A DNA stretch of 64,000 nucleotides from Alphaproteobacteria bacterium UBA7314 (GCA_002471575.1 DKQG01000044.1:37525-101524); one strand, 5' to 3'. Shown: positions 50,299 to 60,418, counted from the stretch's first letter. Notes: generated by a model not told the origin, from the letters alone. A program made the numbers and translations.

Positions 50299-50549
50299 CT
50301 GGCCGTCGATTACGGGCCGCAGAAATTTGCGTTAATGGCGTGTGCCCCGGCGCGATGCTGTCACCGGGGGTACAGAACTATATCGAAAGCGGCATGGTCG
50401 ACGGTAAGATCGTCGAGGAACTTGCCCTTCTTAACCGTCTGGCGGAGTGCGACGAGATCGCCAACGTGATCGCGTTTCTGGCATCGGACGCGGCTTCCTA
50501 CGTGCACGGGACATCGATGTTCGTCGATGGTGGGCAAACGGTTCACTGA
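50286..50549 (+). pseudogene. C-terminal fragment of an SDR-family oxidoreductase, directly abutting the LLM fragment
   Basis: The +2 frame gives ..LAGRRLRAAEICVNGVCPGAM...LNRLAECDEIANVIAFLASDAASYVHGTSMFVDGGQTVH*, an SDR C-terminus. There is no start codon and no N-terminal Rossmann part. Confidence 0.55.
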
Positions 50550-50694
50550 CTAACTTTTCGTCTCTGGCTGTTCAACTAAAACGTAAAATAAAAATTGAAA
50601 ACAACAGGTTGGACGCGATGCGGAGCCCGTTCCGACGTTTGCGAATATTTCCTTCGCAAGCTATCGTCTGGTATCATGTAGAAAAGGAGAACCC

Positions 50695-51621
50695 ATGAAA
50701 ACGCCTGGGCTCGTTGTTCCCCCTTTGACACCCTTCAAGGATGACCTTTCGGTCGATTTCGACGTGCTGCAACGCGAAGTCGACTACATCGTAGAAGATT
50801 GCGGCGCGATGATGGTTTCCGCCGCGGGTGTAGAAACAACGGAATATCATTTCCTGACCTTTGATGAACGCTGCGAGCTTATCCGTCGTACGGTAGAATT
50901 CGTCGATGGTCGCGTGCCATCCGTCGTTGGCGTTTCCCATGCGAACGTGAATACAGCAATTCAGCTGTGTCACATGGCGCAGGAACTTGGTGCGCACGCC
51001 TTCCAGATACTCGCACCGCTAAGGCCCTTTGGCGGAGCGCCTACGCTTGACGATCTTCTGACCTATTACAACTCGATCTCTGCTGAGACCGATCTCCCCA
51101 TTATGCTGTATCTGAACCCAGGACCGGGCGCCGAGGTCAATCCGGCATGGACGCTAGAGCTAGCGAAACTCGACCGGGTCAAATACGTCAAGGAAAGCTC
51201 ACGAGATTTGGCGCGAGTGTCTCGTCTAATCGAGGAAATCGATCATGGTGGACATGCACAATACTTTACCACAATGCAGATGCTGCTCGCCTCTATCCAG
51301 CTCGGCGGGTCCGGTGCAACTATGCCGCCGCCCGGCGCTTACATCGCCAACGCGATCATCAGAGCATTCAATGCCGGCGACTATTCGGAGGCGGCCCGTC
51401 TGCAGCGTCAGTTCGCCTTATGGCCCGCAAGATGGATGTCCTATGGACTCGCGCCAGCGCTGAAGGCTGCGATGGAAATCGTTGGACTTCCCCTTGGCAA
51501 TCCTTACCCGCCATTCAAGCCCGTGTCCGACACAGACAAAGAGGCGATGCGGGTATACCTCCAAGGCACCTATTTGCTCGAGGATGCGCATAAGGAAGTA
51601 ATCAGAGCGCGCGCCGCCTGA
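50695..51621 (+). CDS. dihydrodipicolinate synthase/N-acetylneuraminate lyase-family (DapA-like) aldolase
   Basis: 308 aa with a TIM-barrel DHDPS-family pattern (VVPPLTPF, GVSHANV). A strong AAAAGGAGA ribosome-binding site precedes it. Confidence 0.75.
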   Translation: MKTPGLVVPPLTPFKDDLSVDFDVLQREVDYIVEDCGAMMVSAAGVETTEYHFLTFDERCELIRRTVEFVDGRVPSVVGVSHANVNTAIQLCHMAQELGAHAFQILAPLRPFGGAPTLDDLLTYYNSISAETDLPIMLYLNPGPGAEVNPAWTLELAKLDRVKYVKESSRDLARVSRLIEEIDHGGHAQYFTTMQMLLASIQLGGSGATMPPPGAYIANAIIRAFNAGDYSEAARLQRQFALWPARWMSYGLAPALKAAMEIVGLPLGNPYPPFKPVSDTDKEAMRVYLQGTYLLEDAHKEVIRARAA

Positions 51622-51710
51622 TCCGGCAATGTCAATCCAAGATCGCTGGCGTGCCTATCGACCAGCGAGATGCAGTCAATCAAGAATGGGCCTGATTGAT
51701 CCGGGTGGGA

Positions 51711-52403
51711 TTAGCAGACTTCTTGTGCTTCGATTTCCGCCAGAGCCCAGACGCGGCCGATCGGACCGCGCGTTTTAAGCAGTTCCGCTGAAATCTCCGC
51801 CATCTCCTCTTCGCCGAGCGTCTCGTAATCTCCCATAGACGCGGCGATCGCGGTGCGCCGCGCGTTGTCTTCCATGAAATAGACGCCGGTTGTCATTTCC
51901 TCGATGTCGGGCCCGGTGACGACGATGCCGTGTGCGCGCAGCAACATGGCCCGGGAATCACCCAGCGTCTCCGCCATGGCGCGTCCGCGTTCCTCGGTCA
52001 TGATCAGTCGCGAATCCGGATGTACCGGGATACCCCCGTTGAAGATCGAGGCCATGAAATAGGTCGGTTTCAGGTCGTGCTCAGACATCGAAAAACTGGT
52101 GGCATTGTGGGTGTGGAAATGCGCCACCGAATTGACATCCGGGCGTGCTTTGAACACCTCCAGATGGATCGGAAGCTCGCCCGGCAGCTTGCCTTCCTTC
52201 CCGATCAGGTTTCCATCCAGGTCGCACAGCAGAAAATCTTCCGGATGCGATAGCTTGCCGAGATCGTGCGGCGTCATCAGAATCACGTTGGGATCTTCGG
52301 TGCGGGCGCTGATATGGCCAAAGCCGTCCACGAAGCCACGACCGTAAAAGAACCGCCAGGCAATGCTAAGTTTTTCGCGAAGGATGTTTTCCGGTTCGGA
52401 CAC
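51711..52403 (-). CDS. class II aldolase/adducin-family protein
   Basis: GFGHISAR and AHFHTHNATS metal-site motifs. Confidence 0.8.
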   Translation of the reverse strand: MSEPENILREKLSIAWRFFYGRGFVDGFGHISARTEDPNVILMTPHDLGKLSHPEDFLLCDLDGNLIGKEGKLPGELPIHLEVFKARPDVNSVAHFHTHNATSFSMSEHDLKPTYFMASIFNGGIPVHPDSRLIMTEERGRAMAETLGDSRAMLLRAHGIVVTGPDIEEMTTGVYFMEDNARRTAIAASMGDYETLGEEEMAEISAELLKTRGPIGRVWALAEIEAQEVC

Positions 52404-52510
52404 GAGGACTCCTTTTGATGGGCAATCGGATTGGTCAAAGCGATAGCGGGATTGTATTAGTTAGGAAAGCTCTAGCAAAGACCGGGGCAGGAGTTTTGGA
52501 GGCAACACGC

Positions 52511-53566
52511 ATGAAATTCGGCTTGTTCTATCTACCGACCTATCTGCCCGACCAGCGGGATGTTCACACGCATATGCACAACATCGTCGAGCAGGTCGAA
52601 TATGCCGACAAAATCGGCATCGATTATGTCTGGATGGTGGAACACCACTTTGTGCGGCATGGCGGATTCCTATCGGCGAACTATGCGTTTCTGAGCTATC
52701 TCGCTGGGCGCACCCAGAATATCCGCCTCGCGACCGGTGCCACGGTGATGGCATTGAACGATCCTGTGCGGGTGGCCGAGCATGCCGCCACCCTGGACCA
52801 GCTGTCCAATGGCCGGTTCGACCTCGGCGTCGGACGTGGTTTTATCCGCGACGAATTCGATTCCTTCGGCGTGCCGATGAGAGAAAGCCGCGAGCGGGTG
52901 GAAGAAGGCGTGGACCTGGTGCGTAAGGCCTGGTCCGGCCAGCCGCTGGAATTCGAAAGCAGGTTCCGCCCCGACATGTCCGGCCTGCCGGTTTTGCCGC
53001 CGACTTTGCAGAACGAACCCAAAATCTGGAATGCCTGCTTGATGTCGCCGGAGAGCTTCGAATGGACGGCGCAGGAAGGCCACAACCTGCTCTACGTTGC
53101 TTATCATGTGGATCACGAGCTGGCGACGGAGCGGATATCCTGGTATCGCGAAGCGCTGTCCAAATACGGTCGCAAAGTCGAAGACCACGAGGTCTGTTGC
53201 GTCTATCACGCCTACTTCATGGAAGAGCCGGACGACGACCGGCTCAAAGCGGTCGTGGACGGCCCTATGGGAGAGTACGGCGTTGCCGGGAAGGAAGCGG
53301 CCAGAAAGCCGCCGGACCCGGAGGCGTACAAGGGGTACGATCAGCGAGACAAGGGCACCCAACAATTATCCTTCGACCGATATTTCCCGGGGCGGGTCGT
53401 GATGGGCGGTCCGGACCAGGTGGTCGAACGCATCCACGAACTCCGCCGCATTGGCATCACACAGGTGTCGTTTCTGCTCGATTTCGGTTCCCTGTCGCAG
53501 GATGAGATCATGAAGTCGCTGAATGTTTTCGGCGATAGGATTCTGCCACTGGTGCGGGACATCTGA
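52511..53566 (+). CDS. LLM-class flavin-dependent oxidoreductase (luciferase-like monooxygenase)
   Basis: The start is set at MKFGLFYLPTY. Has a luciferase-like TIM-barrel pattern (WMVEHHF). Confidence 0.8.
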   Translation: MKFGLFYLPTYLPDQRDVHTHMHNIVEQVEYADKIGIDYVWMVEHHFVRHGGFLSANYAFLSYLAGRTQNIRLATGATVMALNDPVRVAEHAATLDQLSNGRFDLGVGRGFIRDEFDSFGVPMRESRERVEEGVDLVRKAWSGQPLEFESRFRPDMSGLPVLPPTLQNEPKIWNACLMSPESFEWTAQEGHNLLYVAYHVDHELATERISWYREALSKYGRKVEDHEVCCVYHAYFMEEPDDDRLKAVVDGPMGEYGVAGKEAARKPPDPEAYKGYDQRDKGTQQLSFDRYFPGRVVMGGPDQVVERIHELRRIGITQVSFLLDFGSLSQDEIMKSLNVFGDRILPLVRDI

Positions 53567-54754
53567 ATGTCGGGTCCGCTTTCCGGTTTGCGCGTTCTTG
53601 ACCTGACGTCGGTCGTTCTTGGACCGCTGGCGACGCAGACGCTGGGTGACATGGGCGCGGATATCGTGAAAATCGAGGGACCGGCCGGAGACACAACGCG
53701 CTATACCGGGCCGAAGCGGTCGAAAGACATGTCGGCGCTTTATATGGGGCTCAACCGAAACAAGCGGTCCATTGTGCTCGATCTGAAGCAGCATTCCGCG
53801 AAAGATGTGTTGTGGCGTCTGATTGACGGCGCCGACGTTTTCCTGCACTCGATCCGGCCGCAGGCGATCGGACGTCTCGGTTTCGGACATGACAACGTTC
53901 TCGCCCGAAACCCGCGGATGGTCTACGCGGGGGTTCACGGCTTTCGCATGGATGGTCCTTATTACGGGCGGCCCGCCTATGACGACGTGATACAGGGACT
54001 GAGCGGCAGCGCCGATCTAATGGCGCGCCTCGTCGACGAGCCTCGATATATGCCGACCATCATGGCGGATAAGACCTGCGGACTGGTAACGGTCAACGCG
54101 ATCCTAGCGGCGCTATACGAACGCGAACAATCCGGCGAGGGACAGTTCGTCGAAATTCCCATGCTGGAAACAATGGTCGCGTTTAATATGGCTGATCACA
54201 TTTTCGGCCATGCGTTCGAGCCACCGGAAGGTCCTATGGGGTATTCCCGCGTCCTGACGCCATCACGCCGTCCCTACAAGACGCTCGACGGGTATATCTG
54301 CCTGCTGGCCTACACCGATCCTCAATGGGAGAGGTTCTGGGCCGAGGTCGGCGTGCCGGAGCTTAAAGACGATCCGCGTTTTGACAGCCTTGCCAGCCGG
54401 GCCGACAACATCGAGGCGGTTTACAGTCTGGCCGGTGAATATATCGCGACGCGCAACACTGCCGAATGGTTGGAGGTGTTGCCGCGGCTCGAAATTCCTT
54501 GCGGCGAGATTGTCGAGCTTGAGAGCCTTCCCGACGATCCGCACCTGCAAGCGATCGAATTTTTTCGCTCTGAAGATCACCCCACTGAAGGAAAAATAAC
54601 GATCCCCGATATTGCCGTTCAGTTTGGCCGGACGCCCGGCTCGATCGACCGGCTGCAACCCAAGCTCGGGGAACATTCGATCGAGATATTGCGTGAAGCG
54701 GGATACAGCGACGCGGATATCGAAGATCTGCAGGCCGCCGGCGCGACCATCTGA
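53567..54754 (+). CDS. family III CoA-transferase (CaiB/BaiF)
   Basis: MSGPLSGLRVLDLTSVVLGPLATQTLGDMGADIVKIEGP is the canonical CaiB/BaiF N-terminus. The start abuts the upstream stop. Confidence 0.85.
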   Translation: MSGPLSGLRVLDLTSVVLGPLATQTLGDMGADIVKIEGPAGDTTRYTGPKRSKDMSALYMGLNRNKRSIVLDLKQHSAKDVLWRLIDGADVFLHSIRPQAIGRLGFGHDNVLARNPRMVYAGVHGFRMDGPYYGRPAYDDVIQGLSGSADLMARLVDEPRYMPTIMADKTCGLVTVNAILAALYEREQSGEGQFVEIPMLETMVAFNMADHIFGHAFEPPEGPMGYSRVLTPSRRPYKTLDGYICLLAYTDPQWERFWAEVGVPELKDDPRFDSLASRADNIEAVYSLAGEYIATRNTAEWLEVLPRLEIPCGEIVELESLPDDPHLQAIEFFRSEDHPTEGKITIPDIAVQFGRTPGSIDRLQPKLGEHSIEILREAGYSDADIEDLQAAGATI

Positions 54755-54769
54755 CAAGGAGCACTAATT

Positions 54770-55237
54770 ATGAAAACTCTCGGCATCGGTCTCTATTGGG
54801 ATAACCTAGAAGTCGGCGAACAGTTCAAGACGCTGAAGCGCACCGTGACGGAAGCGGATATAGTCAACTTTATTGGAGTGACCGGAATGGTCGAAACCTT
54901 GTTTACCGATTTGACGTTCGGCGATCACGGCGGCGGGCCAATGGGCGGGCGCGTGGCACCGGCGGCACTAGTCTATACGATGACCGAGGGCTTGTTGGTC
55001 CAGTCCACGATGCAGACCACCGGGCTGGCGTTACTGGAAGTGGAGAAGAAGGTTCTCGCCCCCGTCTTTGCCGGAGATACCATATACGCGGAGGTCGAAG
55101 TCATGGCGGTCCGGGCCACGAGCAAGGGTAACCGCGGAATCGTCACTACAATGAACAACGTTATGAACCAGAAGGGTGATAAGGTGATCGAATATCGCGC
55201 TGTTCGCATGATGGCGGGCAGTCCGGCGGAAGTTTGA
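54770..55237 (+). CDS. MaoC-like (R)-specific enoyl-CoA hydratase, hot-dog fold
   Basis: 155 aa with a MaoC-dehydratase pattern (GDHGGGPMGGRVAPAAL). Confidence 0.75.
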   Translation: MKTLGIGLYWDNLEVGEQFKTLKRTVTEADIVNFIGVTGMVETLFTDLTFGDHGGGPMGGRVAPAALVYTMTEGLLVQSTMQTTGLALLEVEKKVLAPVFAGDTIYAEVEVMAVRATSKGNRGIVTTMNNVMNQKGDKVIEYRAVRMMAGSPAEV

Positions 55238-55323
55238 GTGGTATGTGGTTTCCGTGTGAATATTTTAAAACTTGATAGCGATGGTTGCTGCGTCTTTATG
55301 TCGGGCTCCGAAACATTGTTTGA

Positions 55324-55452
55324 CGGGAAAACTGGACCCGCACCGAACTGACGTTTTTCGAAACGGTACCGATACCTGAACCCGGGATCGCGGTTCTGTT
55401 GGGTATCGGCGTCGCAGGGTTTATCGGGTATCTTCGCCGGGGTACTACCTGA
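55324..55452 (+). pseudogene. orphan PEP-CTERM sorting-signal remnant (start-less 42-codon ORF)
   Basis: The in-frame translation is ..ELTFFETVPIPEPGIAVLLGIGVAGFIGYLRRGTT*. It has PEP, a hydrophobic TM segment and RR, and lacks any N-terminal domain or start codon. Confidence 0.45.
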
Positions 55453-55836
55453 ACAAACAATCAGGATACGACTATCGAATAGCGGGCAATGACCGCCATT
55501 CTCATATGTGGCGGACTGGGCGGCCATTTATTTCTAAGCTGGCCAACCGATAAGCAGCTTACTTGCACATCTAAGTATTTTCGCGTTAAAAAACTGCTGT
55601 ATACCGGGGTGTGAAGGGGATGACAAATTCTCCGGCACGCGGAGGCTTGAACCGGTTTTCACGGCCCATATCCGGCCGCAGGATGACAGTAAAACGCATT
55701 CGAATTCAAGCACATGAGCGGCTTTCCGGGCAGCACACCCGGACAGCTATTTTTCTGTCGCCGATTAACGCGGCATTCTTTCCGTTTCCCTGCCGACAAA
55801 CGCGGGATCAGGAATGGGATAAGGAGAACATATATA

Positions 55837-57413
55837 TGTGTGCAGCAGAAATGAAGATGCCGGGGATGGCGTCGGAACTGATTACGGACCTCCGCGGGAC
55901 GCTCGAATGGTTGAGGGCCGAGGGCGACCTAATGGAGACCGATCATCCGGTAGATCCCGATATCGAACTGACGGCGATCCAGAAGAACATGGACGGGAGT
56001 TGCCCGATCCTATTCAACAACGTTGTTGGCAAGCCCAATCATCGGGCGGTCACCAACCTGTTCGGCGACATGAATGTCATCAACAAGATGTTTGGCTGGA
56101 CCGATGATGTAGATCGCACCCGAAAACTGTCCTATGCGCTGGATCACCCGCTGCCGCCGGTCGAAATTGGCCAGGACGAAGCGCCGTGCCAGGAGGTCGT
56201 TATAGAGGACCCGGTGAATGTAAACGACTACATCATTCCCATCCGGCACACTGAGTATGAGCCGGAACTCACGGTAGGCTCCGGCAACCGCGTTGTTGCA
56301 GGCAAGTATTTCGACGGCGGCACAGACCTCGGCTACAACCGGATGAACTTCCGATGGGGCAATGTGGGCACGTTCCAGATTTCTCCTGGCTCGCACATGT
56401 GGCAAGTAGTGTCCAAGCACTACAAGGATGACGAGCCAGTGCCGATCACGATGTGCTTCGGCCTGCCGCCATCCTGCACGCTGATGGCAGGCGCCGGTTT
56501 CGACTATGTGATCCTGCCGCAAGGCTGCGACGAGATCGGTATCGCCGGTGCCATTCAGGGCACGCCCGTACGCATGGTCAAGGCGCGCACGGTCGACGCC
56601 TATGCCGTTGCCGATTGCGAAGTGGTACTTGAAGGCTACGTCAATCCACGCGACCGTCGTTATGAAACCGCAGAAGCGGAGGAAGCCGGGGTTCAGGGCC
56701 GTTTCCACTTCCACCCCGAATGGGCGGGCTACATGGGCAAGTCGTACAAGGCGCCGACGTTCCACTGCACGGCCGTCACCATGAGAAAGCCAGAATCGAA
56801 ACCCATTATCTTTCCGCTCGCCGTTCATACGCTGGACGAACACAACATCGACACTACGATCCGCGAGGCGGCGATGTTCAATCTCTGCGAACGGATGCAG
56901 CCGGGTATTGTTCAGGACGTGGTGATCCCTTACTGCATGACGGACTGGGGTGGAGCGATCATCCAGGTGAAGAAGCGTAATAAGATCGACGAAGGCTGGC
57001 AGCGCAACTTCATGTCGGCGATCCTGTCCACATCACAGGGTGCGCGAATCTGTATCGCCGTGTCGGAAGATGCCGATCCGTACGACATGGACGATGTGAT
57101 GTGGAACATCACGACGCGCGTGAACCCGCATAGCGACATTTTGAACCCGATCCCCGGCGGCCGTGGCCAGACCTTCATGCCGGCGGAACGCATGACTGCG
57201 GGTGACGCGGAATGGACCGCGTCGAACACGCGGTTCGAAGGCGGCATGGGCATCGACTGTACGGTGCCGTTCGGCTACGAGAGCGACTTCCTGCGCCCAG
57301 TCTACGCGGTCGAGAAAGTCAATCTGTCCGACTGGTTCACGGACGACCAGATAGCCAATGGCAAAGACCGCATGAAGGGCTGGGTGAACAGCCTTGCGCG
57401 CACCGGCCGGTAA
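55837..57413 (+). CDS. UbiD-family (prFMN-dependent) decarboxylase, divergent
   Basis: The start is set at ATG after AAGGAG. Has a UbiD-like N-terminus (ITDLRGTLEWLRAEGDLMETDHPVDPDIELTAIQ) and core. It is about 525 aa and more divergent than the first copy. Confidence 0.7.
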
Positions 57414-57428
57414 ATTCGGGTGCAAAAT

Positions 57429-57456
57429 ACACAAAAAAGGGTGGCTCTGCAGGGCC
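57429..57456 (+). terminator. rho-independent terminator downstream of UbiD #2
   Basis: A gggtggc-tctgcagg-gccgccc stem is followed by TTTTTT. Confidence 0.7.
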
Positions 57457-57683
57457 GCCCTTTTTTGTGAGAATCGAAGGTTGGAGATTTGCTCTAAAAT
57501 GGCCTTATTCGAGCCTAAATATTTTCACATTGGTGGTGCGGAGAGCGTTGAGCCGCCCGCACCGGACAGGAAGGAAGCCCGAAGGCAGGAGGCGTCAGGA
57601 CTATGGCGATTCCATTCGCTGCCGCACGCCCATTTCAGCCGGTGCGGGGGGACGGTATGCTGAACAACGGTAATTGAAAGTTC

Positions 57684-58019
57684 GTGTTCGAAGCGATCAG
57701 CGTCTGTGCCGCTGATATCAGCCACCTGCACCACTATTTATCCAAGAACAAGCGATCGTCTCGCAGGCTGATCGATATCGCGTTCGCGCCGATCGACGGA
57801 ATATGGCAGATTAGTCACGATGGGCTGTTCAGGGTGCTGGGCGTTATCAAGGCCCGCATGGTCATCCCGATGCATTTCGGTTCCACGGGTGAGTTGGAGG
57901 CATCTATCGCCCGCGCCCGGGATAAGTGGGAAATCTTCAAGCATCACAGCGACAGTAACCCGCTGAGCCTTCGGAACATGCCGAAGACGCCCGAGGTCTT
58001 GTTTCTTCAGGGGTTCTAA
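57684..58019 (+). pseudogene. C-terminal fragment of an MBL-fold metallo-hydrolase
   Basis: ..FAPIDGIWQISHDGLFRVLGVIKARMVIPMHFGSTGE.. matches the C-terminal PIGG...PMH(Y/F)G region of MBL-fold hydrolases. The N-terminal HxHxDH part is absent. Confidence 0.35.
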
Positions 58020-58033
58020 AAGAACGTGGCGGG

Positions 58034-58864
58034 TCAGTTTTCGTAGGGTGGCTTGTCAAAGCCTTTCGGCGACAGCGTAAATATCTCGACGCCGTCGGCG
58101 GTTACGCCGAGGGTATGCTCGAACTGCGCGCTGAGCGATTTGTCCTTAGTGACCGCGGTCCAGCCGTCCAACAGGATCTTGGTTTCCGGCCGCCCGGCAT
58201 TCACCATCGGCTCGATCGTGAAAAACATGCCTTCGCGCAGGGCCATGCCTTCGCCCGGATTGCCATAGTGCAGCACGCTGGGTGGCGTATGAAACACCCG
58301 GCCCAGCCCATGACCGCAGAAATCGCGTACCACCGAGAACCTCTCGTTTTCGACGTATGACTGAATGATGTGACCGATATCGCCGAGGCTGGTACCGGGT
58401 TTGACGATGTCGATCGCCATCATCAAGGAATCGTAGGTCACGTCGATCAGGCGCTGGGCTTTCACGCCGATCTTCCCCACCGGGTACATGCGCGAGGAAT
58501 CACCGTGCCATCCATCGAGAATGGGCGTCACGTCAATGTTAATAACGTCGCCTTCGCGCAGAACCTTGTCTCCCGGAATGCCGTGGCAAACCACGTGGTT
58601 GACCGACGTACAGATCGATTTCGGAAAACCCCGATACCCCAGCGGCGCCGGAGTTGCGCCGTGGTCCAGTGTGAATTCGTGGCAGATTCTGTCCAGATAA
58701 TCTGTGGTGACGCCGGGCGCGACATGCTCGGTAATCATATCGAGACATTCGGCTGCAAGGCGTCCGGCCCTACGCATGCATACGAATTCATCCGGCCCGT
58801 GCAGGACAATACCTGCGGGCGCACCGATATCTGGCTCGTTAAAAGCTGTAAACGAATCGTTCAT
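58034..58864 (-). CDS. map: type I methionine aminopeptidase
   Basis: Has a pita-bread fold and the MetAP metal-ligand pattern (CHGIPGD..DVINIDV..). Confidence 0.85.
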   Translation of the reverse strand: MNDSFTAFNEPDIGAPAGIVLHGPDEFVCMRRAGRLAAECLDMITEHVAPGVTTDYLDRICHEFTLDHGATPAPLGYRGFPKSICTSVNHVVCHGIPGDKVLREGDVINIDVTPILDGWHGDSSRMYPVGKIGVKAQRLIDVTYDSLMMAIDIVKPGTSLGDIGHIIQSYVENERFSVVRDFCGHGLGRVFHTPPSVLHYGNPGEGMALREGMFFTIEPMVNAGRPETKILLDGWTAVTKDKSLSAQFEHTLGVTADGVEIFTLSPKGFDKPPYEN

Positions 58865-58935
58865 CTTGTTCCGTCGGGTTTGGTTCCCGTTTATAAGACC
58901 TGACGGCGGTCATGGTCCAGCATGACGATGAGAGG

Positions 58936-59700
58936 CTATGCTTCTTCATGCTTCGACCAATGGCGGATTTCAAGGAATTCCGTCAGGCGGGCACCCCGGT
59001 AAAAGGCCGTTGCAAAGGCCGGACGGGCTTGCATGCGAGCGTACCAGTCGGTGACGCGCGGACAATCGTCTTTCCATAAATAGTCAAGACCCAGATCGGC
59101 TATCCGGTCGATCAGTGGTGCAACGATGACATCGGCCAGCGTATACATGTCCCCCAGCAGCCAGGGGCCATTAGTTAATGCTTCTTCCATCCGAGCAGCC
59201 GTCTTCGATATCTGGTCGAAGGATTCCTCGATATCTTCGTCAGGAAACCCAGCGGGGCCCATGCGGCGGAAAAACCCTTTGCGAAGCGGACGGACATCTT
59301 CCTGCTGCTTGATGAACTGTTCTTCGTTAAGCCCGTCGAAACGTGGCAGGAAAGCTATGTTGAAAGATGGAAAACGGACCGCAGCTGTCGGAACTTCCTC
59401 AATATAGCGCATCCATTTCCGCATATGCGCCCGCTCGGCGGGATCGGGCGGTGCTAGCGGCTGTTCTGGGAAAACTTCGTCCAGGTATTCGCAGATGACG
59501 CTGGAGTCCATGATCACCACCTCGTCATGTACCAGGGTGGGAACGACGCCGTTGGGGTTGAGCTTCAGGTATTCCGGGTCGAGCTGCTCCTTCGCCCCCA
59601 GATCGATCAAGTGTCCTTCGAAGTCGAGGCCTTTTTCGGCGATGCACAGCCGGACCTTCTGGCTGCAGGTGGAGTGGTTGGCGTGATAGAGTTCCAGCAT
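58936..59700 (-). CDS. glutathione S-transferase-family protein
   Basis: 254 aa. MLELYHANHSTCSQKVRLCIAEKGL...NPNGVVPTL is a GST N-terminus. Confidence 0.8.
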   Translation of the reverse strand: MLELYHANHSTCSQKVRLCIAEKGLDFEGHLIDLGAKEQLDPEYLKLNPNGVVPTLVHDEVVIMDSSVICEYLDEVFPEQPLAPPDPAERAHMRKWMRYIEEVPTAAVRFPSFNIAFLPRFDGLNEEQFIKQQEDVRPLRKGFFRRMGPAGFPDEDIEESFDQISKTAARMEEALTNGPWLLGDMYTLADVIVAPLIDRIADLGLDYLWKDDCPRVTDWYARMQARPAFATAFYRGARLTEFLEIRHWSKHEEA

Positions 59701-59716
59701 TCGACACGTATTGAAT

Positions 59717-60418
59717 TCAGTGTTTCATTTCCAGCCGGTGGCTGATTGAGATTGCTTCCGGGGTTAATGCGCACGCATAACAGATCGCTTCCACACCCCT
59801 TTGTTTGGCGTCCTTGACTGCGCGCGCGTAGTCGGGGTCAATGTCGGCGGCTAGACGGAAGCTGTCGCAATCTTCGCGCTGACACAGATAGACGGTAACC
59901 GAGCGCGCGCCCTGTTCAACCATGTTTGCCAGTTCTCCCTGGTGTTTGGCAGCGCGCGTAGACATCGAATCCGGAAACTCGGCAACGCCTGTATCGCGCA
60001 TTAGGTGTACGTTCTTGATTTCCACGTAGCAGTCCGGTTTGCCGTCTTCCGATAGCAGGATATCAATACGCGAATTCGTGCCGTATTTCACTTCGCGTCG
60101 CAGGTCTCCATAGCCCGAAAGTTCTGGGATTTTGCCGGCTTCGATCGCCTCCGCAACGATCTTGTTCGGATGGGCGGTGTTGATGCCCACAAGACTTTCG
60201 CCGATCCGAATCATTTCCCAGGTGAATTTCAGCTTGCGGTCGGGGTTGCGGGCGGGCGAAAGCCAGACTTCTGAACCCGGATTCTGCACCCCCAACATAG
60301 CGCCTGTATTGGCACAATGGGCGGTTACCGTGTCGCCGCTTTCCAGCACGACGTCTGCCATGAAGCGCTTGTACCGCTTGACCAGCGTGCCGCGCAGTAG
60401 AGGATCCGGGAAATCCAT
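59717..60418 (-). CDS. sfsA: sugar fermentation stimulation protein A homologue
   Basis: 233 aa. ...LVKRYKRFMADV...AHCANTG matches SfsA. Confidence 0.8.
   Translation of the reverse strand: MDFPDPLLRGTLVKRYKRFMADVVLESGDTVTAHCANTGAMLGVQNPGSEVWLSPARNPDRKLKFTWEMIRIGESLVGINTAHPNKIVAEAIEAGKIPELSGYGDLRREVKYGTNSRIDILLSEDGKPDCYVEIKNVHLMRDTGVAEFPDSMSTRAAKHQGELANMVEQGARSVTVYLCQREDCDSFRLAADIDPDYARAVKDAKQRGVEAICYACALTPEAISISHRLEMKH

Noticed and set aside
51621-51711. Inverted repeat tcaatca-N10-tgattga between the convergent DapA-like and aldolase genes, considered as a terminator
   Set aside because: The stem is short (7 bp) and AT-rich, with no flanking U-tract on either strand. Terminator function cannot be supported from sequence alone.
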